Both the position numbers and the translations under genes were made by a program. Positions 36,250 through 50,925 of a DNA stretch of 64,000 nt are shown here, in pieces; positions within the stretch are counted from its first letter, which is position 1, and every line of letters starts with the position of its first letter. Source of the stretch: Amphiscolops sp. MND2022. Taxonomy: Eukaryota. The notes beneath the pieces are model-generated. The model had not been told where the DNA came from. It searched no databases and was given only the letters and a program-made list of their open reading frames with translations. The DNA lies in assembly GCA_964187785.1 (NCBI GenBank), contig OZ076409.1:17548001-17612000 (forward strand), written 5' to 3'.

Positions 36250-39200
36250 AAATCAGTTGTTAGCTGAGACAATAGCTCATTTATCAACGATGACCAATTC
36301 GAAAGAAGTACTGCCACAATTCCGCGACCAACTGGAACTCGAAAAAAAGATACATTTCTATAGGCGATCGGACAAAGTGCACTAACAGAAATGACAAAAA
36401 CGGTTAGAGAAAAGGAACCCAGTGCTTTACCGTTATACAAATTGTATACATTATTTGGACTATACATTACCCCAGAAAGGAATATACAGCACATCCGGGA
36501 TGATTTTTTGACCTAAAGAGAGAAACAATCTAAACAGCCGCGGACATATGGAAAAGGATTACAGACGTTGAGAAGAATTGCGAATTTGAGACCATAACAG
36601 CAGCCGAACTCATACCTTGAAAATTCCTATCATTAATAGGGAAATCCACAGGAGATTATGAGCTAAAAAGAAGGTTTGGAACAGTGACATGTCCATTGAA
36701 GCAATCACAGACGCAATACATGAATAATTGTACGAAAAACTGATTGAATCCCCGAAAACAGAGGAAGAAAAAAAATCCGACATGTGGACAAAAGAAAATT
36801 AAAAAACAACAAAAAACCAACTGAACGGTACTCAAAAAACAATGGACTGCAACAAATGTGGAGCACCCAACTGGTCCAAACAGCATGAATGTCCCGCAAG
36901 AGGAAAGAAATGCATAAAATATGTTAAATTGGGGCACTACGCAAAATGTTGCAGATCAGCCGGAAGATAAACCATATCGCAGAAAAAGCATACAGTGCAG
37001 ACGAAGATGACTGGGTACCGGACAAAATATACTCCATCCGGCAGTAAATACACTCATTGGGAACAAAAAGCAAGAACAGACCACCGATTTACACTAAAAC
37101 CCTATTGGTTAATAACCGACCAAGAAAATTTATCGTTGATACAGGCTCACCGGTAACACAAAAACCGAAGACAAAACTCAACAAATTAACAACATTTAGA
37201 CCGGTAGTGGAAGACTACCGGGACGTGAATGACAAAAAAATAAAGTTCGAAAGTATAACAGTAGCAAATGTCGAATTCAACGGCAAAGTGAGAAAACTGG
37301 AGTTTCTGATAACTACCAGACAAACACACCCATTACTCGGACTCAACTGGATGGAAGAATTGGGAATAACGCTAAGAACGGAGGTCCCCCACCAAACAAT
37401 CAAGCACCTAGATGAAACGAACCAAACAAATGACAAACCGGACACGGACATAACAGCACTGAAAAGTAAGTTCCACAACTCTTTTCAAAAACTCACACGA
37501 TAAAGAACATAGAAGTAGGTATTCAAACAAAAAAGGGAGCAAAATTATTACAGCCAAAAGGCAGACGACCTATCGCAATCCATCTACTACAACCCGCAGT
37601 AAAAAAAAGAAAGAAATCGAAAAATTAAAAAAGCAGGAACATATCGAAAAAGCAGAAAACATCGACGAAAATTGTTTGGTTAGCCCCCCCGGTAATCACA
37701 ATCAAAGAAGACAAATCAGTGAAAATATAGCTTGGCTGGATGACATAATAATAGTAACAGAAGGCTCCAAACAAAAACACATGGACGGTTTAGTAGACGT
37801 ACTAACAAAACTAGAGAACGCCAGCTACCGACTCAGCGAAAGCGAATCCGAACTATTGCAATCAGAAATAGAGTGGATCGGCCATAAAACAGACCAGAAC
37901 GGAATACTATCGTTGCAAGACAAGCTACTCGCGATCAAAGAACCGAAAAAATTTGGAAACGAAAAAGAACTAAAATCATTTTTGGGGGCAATTCAATACT
38001 TGTACAAAGACATCGAAAATCTGTCGCTCCAGACGGATATTTTGCGACAATTACTTAAAAAAGATACCGAATGGAAATGGACCGAAGAACACACCAAAGC
38101 ATTCGAAATTTGAAACAAAAAATCACGGAGACACCGTGTTTGGCTCATTATAGTTCAAACTATCGAAATGTAATAACCACGGACGCAAGTACAAAAGGTC
38201 TCATGGCCACTCTTTCGCAAGAACAACCGAACGTTAAATTAAAACCAATTGGATTATCCAGCCGATTCTTTTCCGATACGAAAAAGATACATGCAATAAT
38301 GAACTGGAACTCTTGGCGGTGGTCTGGGGACTTGAGCATTTCCGCCTGTACATTTACGGAAAACCGATTAAATTACTTACAGATCACCAAGCGCTCGAAC
38401 TATTGATCGAACGCAATCGATCAAACAAAACATACAGCGCAAGGCTAATGAGATGGTCAGACCGACTATCTCACTTTTCATGTAACGTGAGCCATATAGC
38501 CGGTAAACATCTAGCACTCACAGATTATCTCACGAAGAAGAATACGTAATCAACAGCATCATACCGCACTACAAATTCATGACCAAATACGGTTGCCTTA
38601 GCAACCATTCAGACCAATCACAAAGCGCGATATTGCGTAACAAACTGAAGCAATCTAACACGCGTGAACAAACTGCCCTTGCTTGCCTAATCAATCGACA
38701 AAAAGTTACACTTATTCGCTTCCTACAAAACCAATTTGAATATGGACACGCAAAGCATCAAAAACTTGGAACTCGCTGACTCTTCTGCAGAAACAAGACA
38801 TTTAAAGGCCCGCTGGCTAGAAATCGTTAAGCCTGGCGTATACCAACAATCCGGAGTATACCAACAAAAGAAAGGTGGATAATAGAAGAGCGACTACAAA
38901 TAGCTATACGAAACATAGAGAATAGAAAAAACGGAACAACTACAAGGCTTCCAGCCACAGGAAAGACGTAATGAACAAAGGACAGTGGACCCATTCTGGG
39001 AGGTAAACCGCCCACAGCGTCAACAACCACAACCAGATAATGGACCCGGACCGTCTTCAAGACAAATACAACGCACCCCGATGGAGGAGGAGGAAATGGA
39101 TTCAGAAACGGATCAAGACCCGTCAGTATTGCAGGTTTCGGCAATCAACTGGGCCAAATACGTGGGCGTCAAGAGCGTCCAATACATCAAAACGGGCCAC

Positions 39201-41475
39201 TCATCGAAAGTTGACGCAGACGAACCAAATGACGGGGATCTTGGAAACGCAGTCAGCAGACAGAGAAACAATTCTCAACGGACCTGCAATTACTTATGAC
39301 GAAGACGACCAACTATCCAAGCCTCCTTAAAACACTCGTCTGTCTAGAGAAACAGCAACATGGAAACTTGCCTGATGAGTACTCCTAATACAGAAAAGAG
39401 CTATCGACAAGATTTGGACTGGTTTTTTACGAAGACCGCATAATCGTCCCGAAGAACCTGAGGACAACAGTTATCAGCGTCTTACATAAGGGACACCCGG
39501 CCATGAACAAGATGCCGATGGCGGCGAGACATTTCTGGTGGCCACGGATTGCCGAAGCCATAGAGACGAATTTTGAAAGCTGCGTCCCCTGTAAACTGTC
39601 CAGTAAGAACATTAAACCTAATATACTTAGTACGGAAAAAATCAGTTACCTCTGATGAAAAAACCAAACGAAGAAATCCAATTGGATTTCATCGGTCCAA
39701 TCACCGAGAAGAACCATAGATTTTACATTTTGCTCTCAATGGACCGGTTCAGTAAACGGACTGCAGCCAGTCTCCGTAAAACAACAGAAGGCCAAACAGC
39801 ATTGAGGTTTCTGGAACAATATATAAATCTAAACGGTGATTCAAAAACAACTAGAACGGACAAATCCACCGCATTTACAGGCCGAACATTTAGAGAATTT
39901 TGCAAAAACACCAAATAAAATGATATACGGGACTCTGTTTTTACATCCGCCCACAGAATTTGTTGAACGGGGTGTTAGAACGTTAAACGAAATACTATTA
40001 ACCAAGATAAAAGCGGGCGAAACATTCTGTAAAGCATTGGACATTCCACTGGATGTAATGCGGAAGACACAACATACACGCCTAAAGAAAACCGCATTTG
40101 AGCTACACTACGGTCGCAAACAGAACACAGAAATTAGTAATCTAATAAATTTGGATGTATTGAAACAAAATTGTGTATCTCAGCAAAACCAGACACCCTA
40201 CAGGTGTATTTTTTCAACGGAGCTGGAGGTGTCTCTGACCAGCTACCGATGAAGCAGAAGAAAGAATCTAAAGGAGTTAGTAATTATCCTTTCCCTTTTC
40301 ACGAAAAGAAAATAACAAAACCTAAATTCGTTAAAGCATATTCCCGATAAAATCCTAATTGCTGTATCGGGCACTGATCATAATGTTACGACGGCACACA
40401 GTAGAGTTTTACATAGAAAACATAAACGTAAACCTCTTTCTGAACTTACACAGGAACCAAACCACCGAGGAACAGGGCTACGTGGTCCGGATGGCCGCGT
40501 TATAAAATCCCCCGAACACACACCGTTCACGATATGGACAGCGACTCCGAAGACACACCACTGTCCTTCATGGAAACCACAGCGGCCAACACACCAGATC
40601 ATGGCAAACAGACATTTACACCCAAAAAGACTGGCACATTGGGGAGGGTACGCCCAAAACTGGGAGGCAGCCCCCAGAACACGGAATCACCTGTGGGTCA
40701 CCCATAACGAGCCAAACGCAAGACAATACTGGACCGCTAACCATAGTTGCGGCAAACATGACGGACGAAGACGTAGACCGTGCTATTGAATATGCCAGAA
40801 GGGCAAACACAGAATTACATATAAGAGACAGCAATGGTAAGGTTTTTGATAATAAATTTCGAAAACCCATTAGAAGGGACGAAAGAGAAACAGGAAACAT
40901 TGATATGCAACTTCAGAACTAGAATTACTTAGTAACCTCAGCTCAAGCCTTGAAATAGAACAAGAAATGAAAAAACATAACTTACCTAGATCAAGACGAA
41001 TAACAAAAACAAATCCAATTGTTATGTTAAAAACCCAGTACCAGTACCATCCGATTACAGGAAATACAGTCAAAAGACTAAACAACCGGGAAATGACACC
41101 GGACACCCGAGAAAGCAACTAACCACTTCCAATGTACGACCGTGTCCGGAAGAAAGCCAAGAAGACCGGACGACAACAATGGATGCAGCACGGAACACCG
41201 AAGCGAAACAATGCTTGGGCCGGACAACCGCCTCTAAAGAGAACAACACCCTCCCATTGGCCAACTGCGGCCCAATCATAGAGGCGGGAATGAAGAGTAA
41301 GAAGAACATCTTAGAGGACAAACTATTATGAGACATCATTCTATTTATATAATTAGTCTCAAGTAGCTGCTACCATCTTATTATGTAGTAATGCTAATCT
41401 TACTCAGTAGCAATTGATTCGATTTAAAATACAGTTTGTGATAAAACTAAATTCTGGTAGTTAAAAGTTACAACA
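36250..41475 (+). mobile_element. second Ty3/Gypsy element, heavily decayed, 5'-truncated
   Basis: CNKCG..HEC and GHYAKCC knuckles; FIVDTGS; WLDD; TTDASTKG, LLTDHQAL; LHKGHP..CVPC, IQLDFIGP, RTDKSTAF, VERGVRTL; left boundary approximate. Confidence 0.9.
41324..41475 (+). repeat. probable 3' LTR of the second Gypsy
   Basis: Follows a purine-rich tract; tattatg...acaaca (degenerate TGTT..AACA); no partner LTR found. Confidence 0.35.
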
Positions 41476-43599
41476 CAGATTTTGAGAAGAGAAAAGATTG
41501 ATGGCCTAAAAGTTCTACGTTTTAAATTGCTTCTCAAATTGAATTCACTTCGGATTTAAATTTTGGATCTGTTCATTTTGATTTGAGTTTTCGTTGATAA
41601 GAACCACAAGTTTAATTCTGAATTTTTATTCTGAAAAAAAACTCAGCTGACATTGAGAAAACGCTGAAATATCAATGCTCATAAAACTCAAAGATAAAAG
41701 ACTTTGGTGTCATGCAGCTTTGCAATTATATAAAACTGTCAACACAATTCAAATGTAGATTTCTCAAATGCTTCGCTGATCTGAGTGCGAATGTGCAGAA
41801 ATTGAACCCTTGTTTGTGAAGCACGTTATCCGACAAAACAAATATTTTTCATTCAGATTTCAACAATATTTTCTCTAACCCTACTTCTATGTTCGCCATT
41901 TAGAAACCATGCGAGGAACGAGAGCCAAGCTATGACATTTCAGCAGGAGAGTTCAAAAGTTATTCATAATTGACATTTTTGGCTCTCTGCTTTGAGAAAA
42001 AGTCTAGCCACTGTTATAGCTTTTGTCAAAGGCGACTAAAAACAGGATGAAGTCAGCGTTCCTGGAAATGACCGAAAGATGGGTTCACTCAAAGACCTCA
42101 ATATTATTTCTGAATGTCTAAATTATTTATCTTTAGAAATTCGTCAGAATTGTAAGAAACTAACCTTGTTTGAATTTCAGGGTTTCTCTGCTCAATGTGA
42201 GCTACAGCATAACTTGGGAATAACAAAAAATTGAGCCGTGGAATATTTTTTGTCCAGCGCAAAGGGAAAGGAAAGATGCCGTTAATATCCGGAACAAAAG
42301 CCAAACTGTGTTTATTTCATACCCAGATCAATCTGGACTGCTAATAAATCTATTTACAAGGAACTGAAACTGCTTTCCTTATTCCTTCTGCAAACCCCAC
42401 AATTGGAAGCCTGTCAGTCTAGTCTTTGTTGACATATCTATACCACATGAAATGTTTGGCCATTAAATTTGATGCTCTTTCAGATTCTGGATGTCGCCAT
42501 CCTTGAAATGGAGAGATTCTATTGGTCGAATTTGATACGCGCTGTTGGACACTTATGTTGATAGCAGACACAGCATGAAATGTTTTGCACTACTGAACAA
42601 TGTCAGACTTCATAAAGGCACCATTTCTCAAAAATGCAGGATTCAAAGAAATAAATGAGGAGCCCTTTCATTAATCTCACGCCTCAGTTACGAATTCTCT
42701 GGTTTGTGTGCTTACGAGTTTATTGCCACCGGTTTGATGTGTAATGTTCTCATATTAGTTATATAGGTTAGCTGCGTACCAATTTCCAAACAGGCCCGTC
42801 ACGATTGTTGCGAAATACAAAAGTGATACACATGACATGATACGTATTGCGCAATTGCTTTAATGGAAGAGGACCAATTTGTATACAGCTATAGCACTGC
42901 AGCTTTTTCTGGAAATTTGGGTTCTACTTGAGCGAACCCAAAAAACAATTTCATTGTATGACCCTTTTGGTTCACTTGTATTTTTTGAGGGGCGTTTAGC
43001 ATGAAAATATAACAGATTCCCGTGGAAAAATTGAGATCCTCCTACTTTCAGAGGCGTTCTACTGTGAAAATTTATCAGTGAAAAACAGTGAAAATTCGTG
43101 GTCGAATGTAAATTTAATGACCTGAAAAGCCATTTTCAAAACCCGCCTGTTTTTGGAACCACAATTTACATCGTTTCCTTTAATCCAACAATAACGAAAT
43201 GATGTACAACAAGGGGGACGTTCGGTCGATTGCACTTTATTTCACGTCGAGTTAGAAGGAAATTCTTCGGAGTAGATTTTGTATGCCATAACTTTTTAAC
43301 CAGTGATTCTGTTCAGACATAAAATCTAGCTTTGATTGGCCCTTTTTGAAAGTTTAACAAGAAGCACAGTGGCACTGCAGTATCTTCCGCATATTGTAAA
43401 GACACAATTTGGAAAAAAAACCAGACACCTTCCAGCCTCAATGACTGTTCAAAGAAAAAGTAAGCGATTAATCTAGCTGAACTTAATGACTCCACAAATT
43501 TGACAAATGTATATGATCAAACTTTTTCCTTTCATTATTTTCCACCCATATTTGATATTGGAAAGGAAAATATTTAAATCAAACGTGTTTTTTTTTACA

Positions 43600-44500
43600 A
43601 AAATTTTTTGCAATTTGGTCAAATTTTCAATAGACTTCGTGGATTAGAATGTTCAAAACGCTCAACGTGGCACGAATTCGTTGTCCAGTAGGGTGTTCCG
43701 AAGAGCTAATAATTGTTTTCCATATGAAAAAGATCTCAATTTGACACCGAAAATGACAAAAATCCCTTTTGGAAGTTTTGCATTTTCCAAAATTTTTACC
43801 CATTTTTCGTCAAATTTTTGATAGACTTCGTAGATTGGAAAATTTTAAGCAGTCAAAAAGGAAGGGCTGGTTTTCCAGTAGTCTTTTCCGAAAAGTTTAC
43901 TGCAGTTTTCGAGACGAAAATGTCTCATTTTGACACCGAAAATGACAAAAAACCCCAAAAGTTTCCAATTTTCAAAGTGTTTATGCGTTTTTGTTTATGT
44001 TTCGACAGACTTCGTGAATTGGAATGTTCGAAATGGTCAACAAAGAAAGAATTGGTTGTCCAGTAGTCTTTTAAAATCAAACTTTCCACTTTTCAAGGAT
44101 TTTTTCCCAACTTTTTGACAGATTTCGTTGATTGGAACGTTGAAAAACGGTCAACAAGGGAAAAAGGTGTTGTTCAGTATGCTTCGAAAAAAGATAAATG
44201 CAAGTTTTTAAACAAAAACTGTCCGGAGTTGACATCGAGAAAGACATTTTTTCAAAAATTTTCCATTTTTTACGATTTTTGTTCAATTTTTGTCTAGATG
44301 TCGGTGAACTTCGTGGACTAGAATGTTAAAACGCCTAAGGCTTGGGCCAATTGGTTGTTTCGGTGAGCTTCTGTCAAGAGATAAAGTCAATTTAAAAGAA
44401 AAATGCCTCAAATTGAGCCTGAATTGTCGAAAAATTTGATATTTTTGTCATTTTGTCGGAATGTTCTGTACAATTTACGAAAGACTTCGTTCAAAGTTCC
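43600..44500. repeat. old degenerate tandem repeat, mostly ~175-190 bp
   Basis: gacttcgtggattggaatgtt-like motif at ~43633, 43824, 44008, 44121, 44308, 44483. Confidence 0.65.
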
Positions 44501-47491
44501 AATACAATCAACTCAACACAATCAACTCAACAACAAAAAAACTAGCTATGCAATATATTTTTTGAAGAGAACGTTGCAGCGTTTTGCTTCAAAAACACTT
44601 CAAAGTGACTCCAACGCAGTCGAAAAAATTCAACATCTTCGTTTTTGTGCAACTTGTGTTCTTTCGGAATAGTTCGGGCGTCAGAATGTTTGCAAACATT
44701 CAACAAAAACTGAAATCATAATTCAGTAGGCTTTTAAAGGATTATTTGCAGACTTAGGTTGGGAAATGGCTAAAAATTTGACTCAAAAGTCGAAAAAGTC
44801 GTCATTTTTGTGAATTTCTGACATTTTCAGTGAGTTATTCGAGATTGAAAAAAGTCGGTAAAAAGCTTCGAAAAGCTACAGATGATGAAACTAGGTCCGA
44901 AGTAGGTTTTCCAAAATTTATCTAATTTATGGTCGAAAGTTTCCTCAGCATGCATCAGTTATTGAAAAAACTGAAAATTTATAAGTTTTTAAAAACATTT
45001 TTTGGCCGTTTTTGGTACACTTTTTGAGCTACTTCCTCGTATAAAGTGGTTTTTAAAAAAACTAGCAATGACTTATCCGGGTATCTGCAGTAGGTAATTT
45101 TGAAGAGGTAACTGCAGGTTTTGATGGAAATTGCCTCAAAGGCACCCAAAAAAACCATGAAACTGCAAAAAATTACGTTGTTTGACAAACTAATCCCAGT
45201 TTTTGTTCAAACCACGAACGTTTTTGAAGAATAGAACCTCTGTTGACATGAGGGACGTTAAAACAATAAGGTATTGAAAGCGCAGTTGGAGAAAGATTTG
45301 GGAAGAAGTTCATCGAGTTTATAACAAAGGTGTCAATGTTTCCCAACTTTCTTCATTTTCGACAACATTGTCCGAATCTTGGACACTTTCAGAAAATTTA
45401 CTTCAAGCAGAAATACCATGGGCCCAGAATTGAGACCTGTAGCTTCCGGTAGTGTTTCGAAAAGATATCAGATAAGTTTGTTTCCACAATTTTGAAAACT
45501 TTTCTTGAAAACGTAATTTTCGACCTCATTTGTCCAGTATTTAATATTCAAAAACCTCCGAGCAAAATCAATTGATATCGAGTACACCTTCCAACGTAAA
45601 ATGTTTCGAGTTACTTCGTGGGTACAACTATACTCGGTGTCCAGTGGGCTTATTTATTAAGAGACATCTGTAGATTCAGTATAGGAAAGTGCCTCATTTT
45701 GACACCAAAGTTGTCAAAACTGTTTCCACTTTTTGACACTTCTGGTGAAACTATGTGCAATAATACAACAAACCGGGATCTCTCAACTTTAGATGAATTG
45801 CAAAGGACCTAGTTTCAAGTTTTTACCAGTTTCTCAGTGCCAAAACCTTTATCAAGAAATACGCCTGAGACAAAGAAACCACTTTTTCCCCAACAGGAAT
45901 CACAAAAATTACATTTTTTTGATTTTTTCCAGTGATTGTCTAGATGGCAAAACGAGTTTCAGCTCGCAAAACTACTTTTTTGAAGCCGACATCAGCTATG
46001 AAAGCGAGGTGTTACTCTTTGACCAAATGAAATTTTCTGAAAAACGCAAAGTGCCGAAAAAACTGAAATGAGGTAATTTCCACAATCAATAGGAAGCTTC
46101 GTCAGTCCCATATGATCAAAAGTAACGAATAAGTCACCTCTAAGACACAGGAAACTTGTTTCCTTTACAGAAAACATCAACTAAAAAGTGCGAAAATTGT
46201 TTTTCGAAAATTTTTTGTCCAAAAATGTATTGGAAATTTTCTCTTTTCTCGGTAAATCGCAGAGTGCTGAAAAAAAGAAAGTGGCTAGCTATCGCAGAAA
46301 TAGCAGAATTGGTAAATTAGGCGTTTCCTTTAAAATGGGCTTTGATGAATCAAAGCATTCTTTTCTTTGAACTTCTTTGCGTTTTTGTAGTGCATTCGCT
46401 ATTCTTGAGCCTCAAATTTTTGTAGTTGTAGAACAGTTTGGGGCGGAAAATATATCGCAGCTCAGTGGGCGTCTTGTTTAAAAAAAGATAACACTGTTTT
46501 TTTCTTTATACGTTAAAATCAAGTTTTTGACGCATAAAAAGTTGATGTGGAAGCTATAAAATATGATATGCTATTGTACGTAGAGAACAGCAAAAATTAT
46601 GAAAATGTTGAACATTGAAAAGAAAATATAAATAAGACAATAGTCTGATAAGAGCTCCTTGGAGGTAGCGGAGAATCGTCTCTGGAGCAATGCGAGAATA
46701 CGGAAAAACTAAATTTAAACAGTGAATGAATTTTAGGGAAGAATGACCAAAATGGTCATGCAGTGACGAAATAACGTTCCTGTTTTAAGAAAAAAGATCA
46801 AGGTTATTTGGATTCATCTACAATTTTTTCGGAGCAATATTAAAAAAAATTTCCTCAAACAGATCTGAACGATATACAAAAGGACCAAATGTTGGTAATT
46901 TGATCATTTCAAGTAACTCACAGAACTGAATTAATGCGTCAAGTGACATAAAGACAAGAAAACGGTTTTAGGAAAACACGCCCAAACAGAAATTACGCCC
47001 AGCCCAAGGATATTAAGCTACTCAAAGCTTCCGAAGAATTCCATAGCAGTGAATATTATTAGGTTCTTATTTCCTTCGCTTCGCTCCCTTCGCCAAGTAG
47101 CAACATTGGGGCATGACCGTATGGCACGTCGCTCCGCTTCGCTTCGCTCCTGCATTTAGGACACTAGGGGTATGTGAGCATAGCTGATTACATTATCGTA
47201 ATTTCCTTGGGCGTGATATTCTTGGGCGTAATTTCCGGACACACAAGAAAACATGCAATTCTTTCACTAAAGCGTTCTCTAGAAACGAAGCCTTTCTTGA
47301 GATTGTACATCAAAATGCAGCACAATTTGAATAAAAATTGTGATAAGTTCTGTGTTTTGTTCCAGATTGCTCAGAAAGCAATGATCAACTTTGAACTTGG
47401 AGAAAAAACTGAAAACATGTTCGCTGAGATGTGAAATGAGCTTGATAAAAGATGAGCATTTACGTTATAAAAATTTATTCAAAGGGAGCGT

Positions 47492-47661
47492 AAATTCCAC
47501 ATAAAACTCTTCAGAAAGATCCCTTAGGAAAAACCAACTGTTAAAAAACCAATATTTCTGGTTGATCGCGTAAATGCATTTACGTAATCAAATAGAAATA
47601 TTGGTTTTTCAACAGTTGGTTTTTCGTGAGGAATCTTTCTGAAAAGGTTTATGGGGATTTC
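47492..47661. repeat. ~170-bp spacerless imperfect palindrome
   Basis: Centre cgtaaatg|catttacg at 47576/47577; arms aaaaccaactgttaaaaaaccaatatttct / agaaatattggtttttcaacagttggtttt. Confidence 0.9.
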
Positions 47662-48562
47662 ACAGCTCAAAAAATTTGTCATTAAGGAAACGGTTTTGAG
47701 GAAAGAATAATTTTTTGAAATGACTTACGAGGTTTCAATGTTGTTTCGGACAAAATTTAACCCATACTTCTTGCGTACCGCGTTTGTTTACATGGTTACT
47801 GCACTTATCTTCAGTTTTGAGATTTTCGAGTGGCAAGATTAGAAAGTTGAAAACGCAACGAAAAACTATCGAATTTTCCCTCCAAAGCTACGAACAAAAG
47901 TCCAAATGCTGAAATGAAGCGTGGGATATGGCTCCAACAGACGTGGAACCATTTTAAAAGTATCAATCCCCAGTTTTGAGAAATGCGGCTTGAAACTAGG
48001 AAAACAAAAATTGACCTCAAAAAATTTAGAATCTAAATGTACTTTCTCAAAAGAATATTGTTTCATTTAAACTAGAAAAAAGTTGCCACCAATGTTGAAC
48101 ACAAAATTTGTGGAATTCAATGGTCTTAGGTACCCAGAAATAACTAACCGTCCTTTGTACAACAGCGTGATGTAATGGGTATATACAATATATAATATAG
48201 GTATATATACAAAATACACATTTGGCATATACAAAATGAAACATGAAAACAAAAATACATTGACAGCAATCTATCAAATTTGTTTTGGGACTCGAAATTT
48301 TCCCGAAATTCCACCAATTTCATAGTTACTCAATCAACAAGTGTAAAACTGGGATAACGAATGTGGGAGTTTTGAAAGGAAATGGTTCCATAAAGTATGA
48401 ATAAACGCAGGTCGTCTCAATTTGTGACCAGATTGTTTCATGAATTGCACAAGTAAATGAAATAAAAAAATGACCAAAATGGAAATGAACCGGAAAGAAG
48501 AGTTGTACATTACAAAATGTGTTTGACAACGTCACTAAGTTTCAAATTGGACAGATGTGACT

Positions 48563-50925
48563 TGTTATCACCAGTATTTAGATACGAAACTGTCACTTTA
48601 AAAAATCTTTCAACTCCATGACACTTTAGAACGTAATTGACCAACTGTTCAATCCGCTTGAACAAAGTATTCGTTCTTTATTTGATCACATTGAACAATT
48701 TGCCAAGAGATACATGTAGTTAACATTAATTACGATTAAGTTAACTGCTAAATAGGCTCAGGCTACCCAAAATTCGAAGACTATCAAGATCGTTCAATGT
48801 GCCCTCAAGTCTTTATTATCTGCCGCCCATATTCCATATGGAAAAAAATACTGAAAACTTTTCGGAAAACTTTTCTGAAATTTGCGTTGTTCCAAATTAA
48901 TACCCAAACCACAGAATTAAAACTATCACTAACCTAATTTCGTGCGAAACAAATTTGTGAAAATGTTCGGATTTTTTTTGGTACGACAAAATGCCCCCAA
49001 AATAGTCGAAACTCCTATTTTTTGAAAAATTTTGACGTCTCTAGTTTACATTTGTACAATTACTGAGAAAATTTTGCATAGGAAAAGCTATGCTGTACTT
49101 TTTTTGAAGTGCAGGTCGCAGTTTTTTTGCTATGAAAAACTACTCAGAACGTTCTCAATCTGGTCGAAAATCAGAAAACTCCCTTTTCAGTAGGCACTTT
49201 TGTAGGAAGAGCAGACTATAGTAGTGACTTTTTCATTTGTAAAAACATTTACGACTGACAAAATAACAAATTTTATAAAGTTTTGAAGCTGCTGCTTAGT
49301 GTGATTATCCTCTTTTTCAGAGTTGTCAATTGTAATTGAAATATCGTCTAAGTTTAGTCATTCTGGTGCTATGGTTTGGCTGGATGTCCTAAATGTACCA
49401 TTTGTAAGGCCCTTAGAGGATAGTCTTCTTATTCTGATTCTGAATTTCCGTTATTCGATGCGTGAACTCCTAACGATTGAACATTCCTGGATCCCGAAGG
49501 CTGTACATTTTGCATTTTATATGATTCTTATCTAGGATTTGTCATGGTTGAAACAGTTTTCTTTGATCTTATCTTTTCAAAACCGCTTCGAATTTGAATT
49601 CCACTTCGAGTCTCATCATTTCTTTCCTTTCATTGTTTTCTGCTCAATGTTCTGAGTCCAAAATAGGATTTCAATACATATTTGACCAGGTTCAGTCAAT
49701 TAGAAACCTAAGATTATTTCACCTAGACATTCTTTGCAATCAATGTTGTTATTAGTTGAAGTCACATAACCACAGGTCATGTTGGAAGGAGTTTCTGCTT
49801 CTACGTTGTTTGTGCTTCCTGTGGAGAAGGACGTTGTAGTCTTTTAGAACTCCATTTTTTCCCATTTTGTTCCAGTGAAAAGTGTGGTTTGTTCTTAGAA
49901 ATTTTTGAAAGTTTTTTTGATGAACAGCGTTGAAGAAACACGGAATTGCAAATGATTGAGATGCTTTTCCAGAGTGTTACTGCTGTAGGCGAAGGTTATT
50001 TCACAAGTGATTGATAACTAACTGCATTGTTAATTTCAACATCAAAAAACGTGACATACCTTGAGTATCATCATTCAAATTTTGATATTATTAGGATGAC
50101 ATCAAGATGTCAATGTTCTATTTATATCCTACAAACTCATATTGCATGACTTCCAAATTACAAGTATAAGATTCCATGAAACCCTACAGATGACGTATGT
50201 TGATGAATAACGTTTTCACAGTTAATGTTTAAATAACGTCCACCTAGCAGCGTACATCAAAGAAGTGGGATAATGCCTAGGGTGCTTAAACAGGACACCG
50301 TTGTCTTACTACAGCCCTAGAAATTAGTTCTTAATCCCGAAATGGTCTTCTAAAAAGGACTTTTTCAAACGTCAAAGGAGGCTCTTCAGTTAGAGCTCCG
50401 TGGCGACGTGCCGGCGCACTCAAAGTCCGGACACGTCCCACAAGCCTGTAAAAACGTACCTAAAGGTTCCTAACGTCACTGCGACTTCCTACATACTTCC
50501 GAGGTCTAAAAACAAGGGTTTAGCCAAAGTGCACGTTGTTCACGAAATAACGTCTAAAACAAAGACCGAATATGTCCATATTATCAAGTACCTGTGAAAC
50601 TACATTGATATTAACAGAATTAATCAACCAAGGTTTTTCTGGATCTTTCATGAGGGTTTCGGAGTTCTCAATAAAGTCCCTTGATGGGTTGTACGTCTTT
50701 TTCGAGTCCTCCCAGGCATTTTTCGGGTTAAAGTGGCACAACAATTCTCTGCCTTCTCCTTCTTCTGAGCTCTTTTCTCCTTGTCTTTTGCACATCGGGG
50801 TGGGATGGGGGTGTCTTGTTGCTTTTTTGCTCCTTTTTCTTTTTTCAGTACTTGCCATGTCGGGCAATTTGAATTGACTTATTTGATATCGCACCCTTTT
50901 TGAACTTTTGAGCTGCCTGATGTTA
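48563..50925. repeat. dispersed direct duplication copy A (~2.4 kb)
   Basis: Starts tgttatcaccagtatttagatacg; paired ORFs 49323/54863 and 50400/55940 (offset 5,540). Confidence 0.93.
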
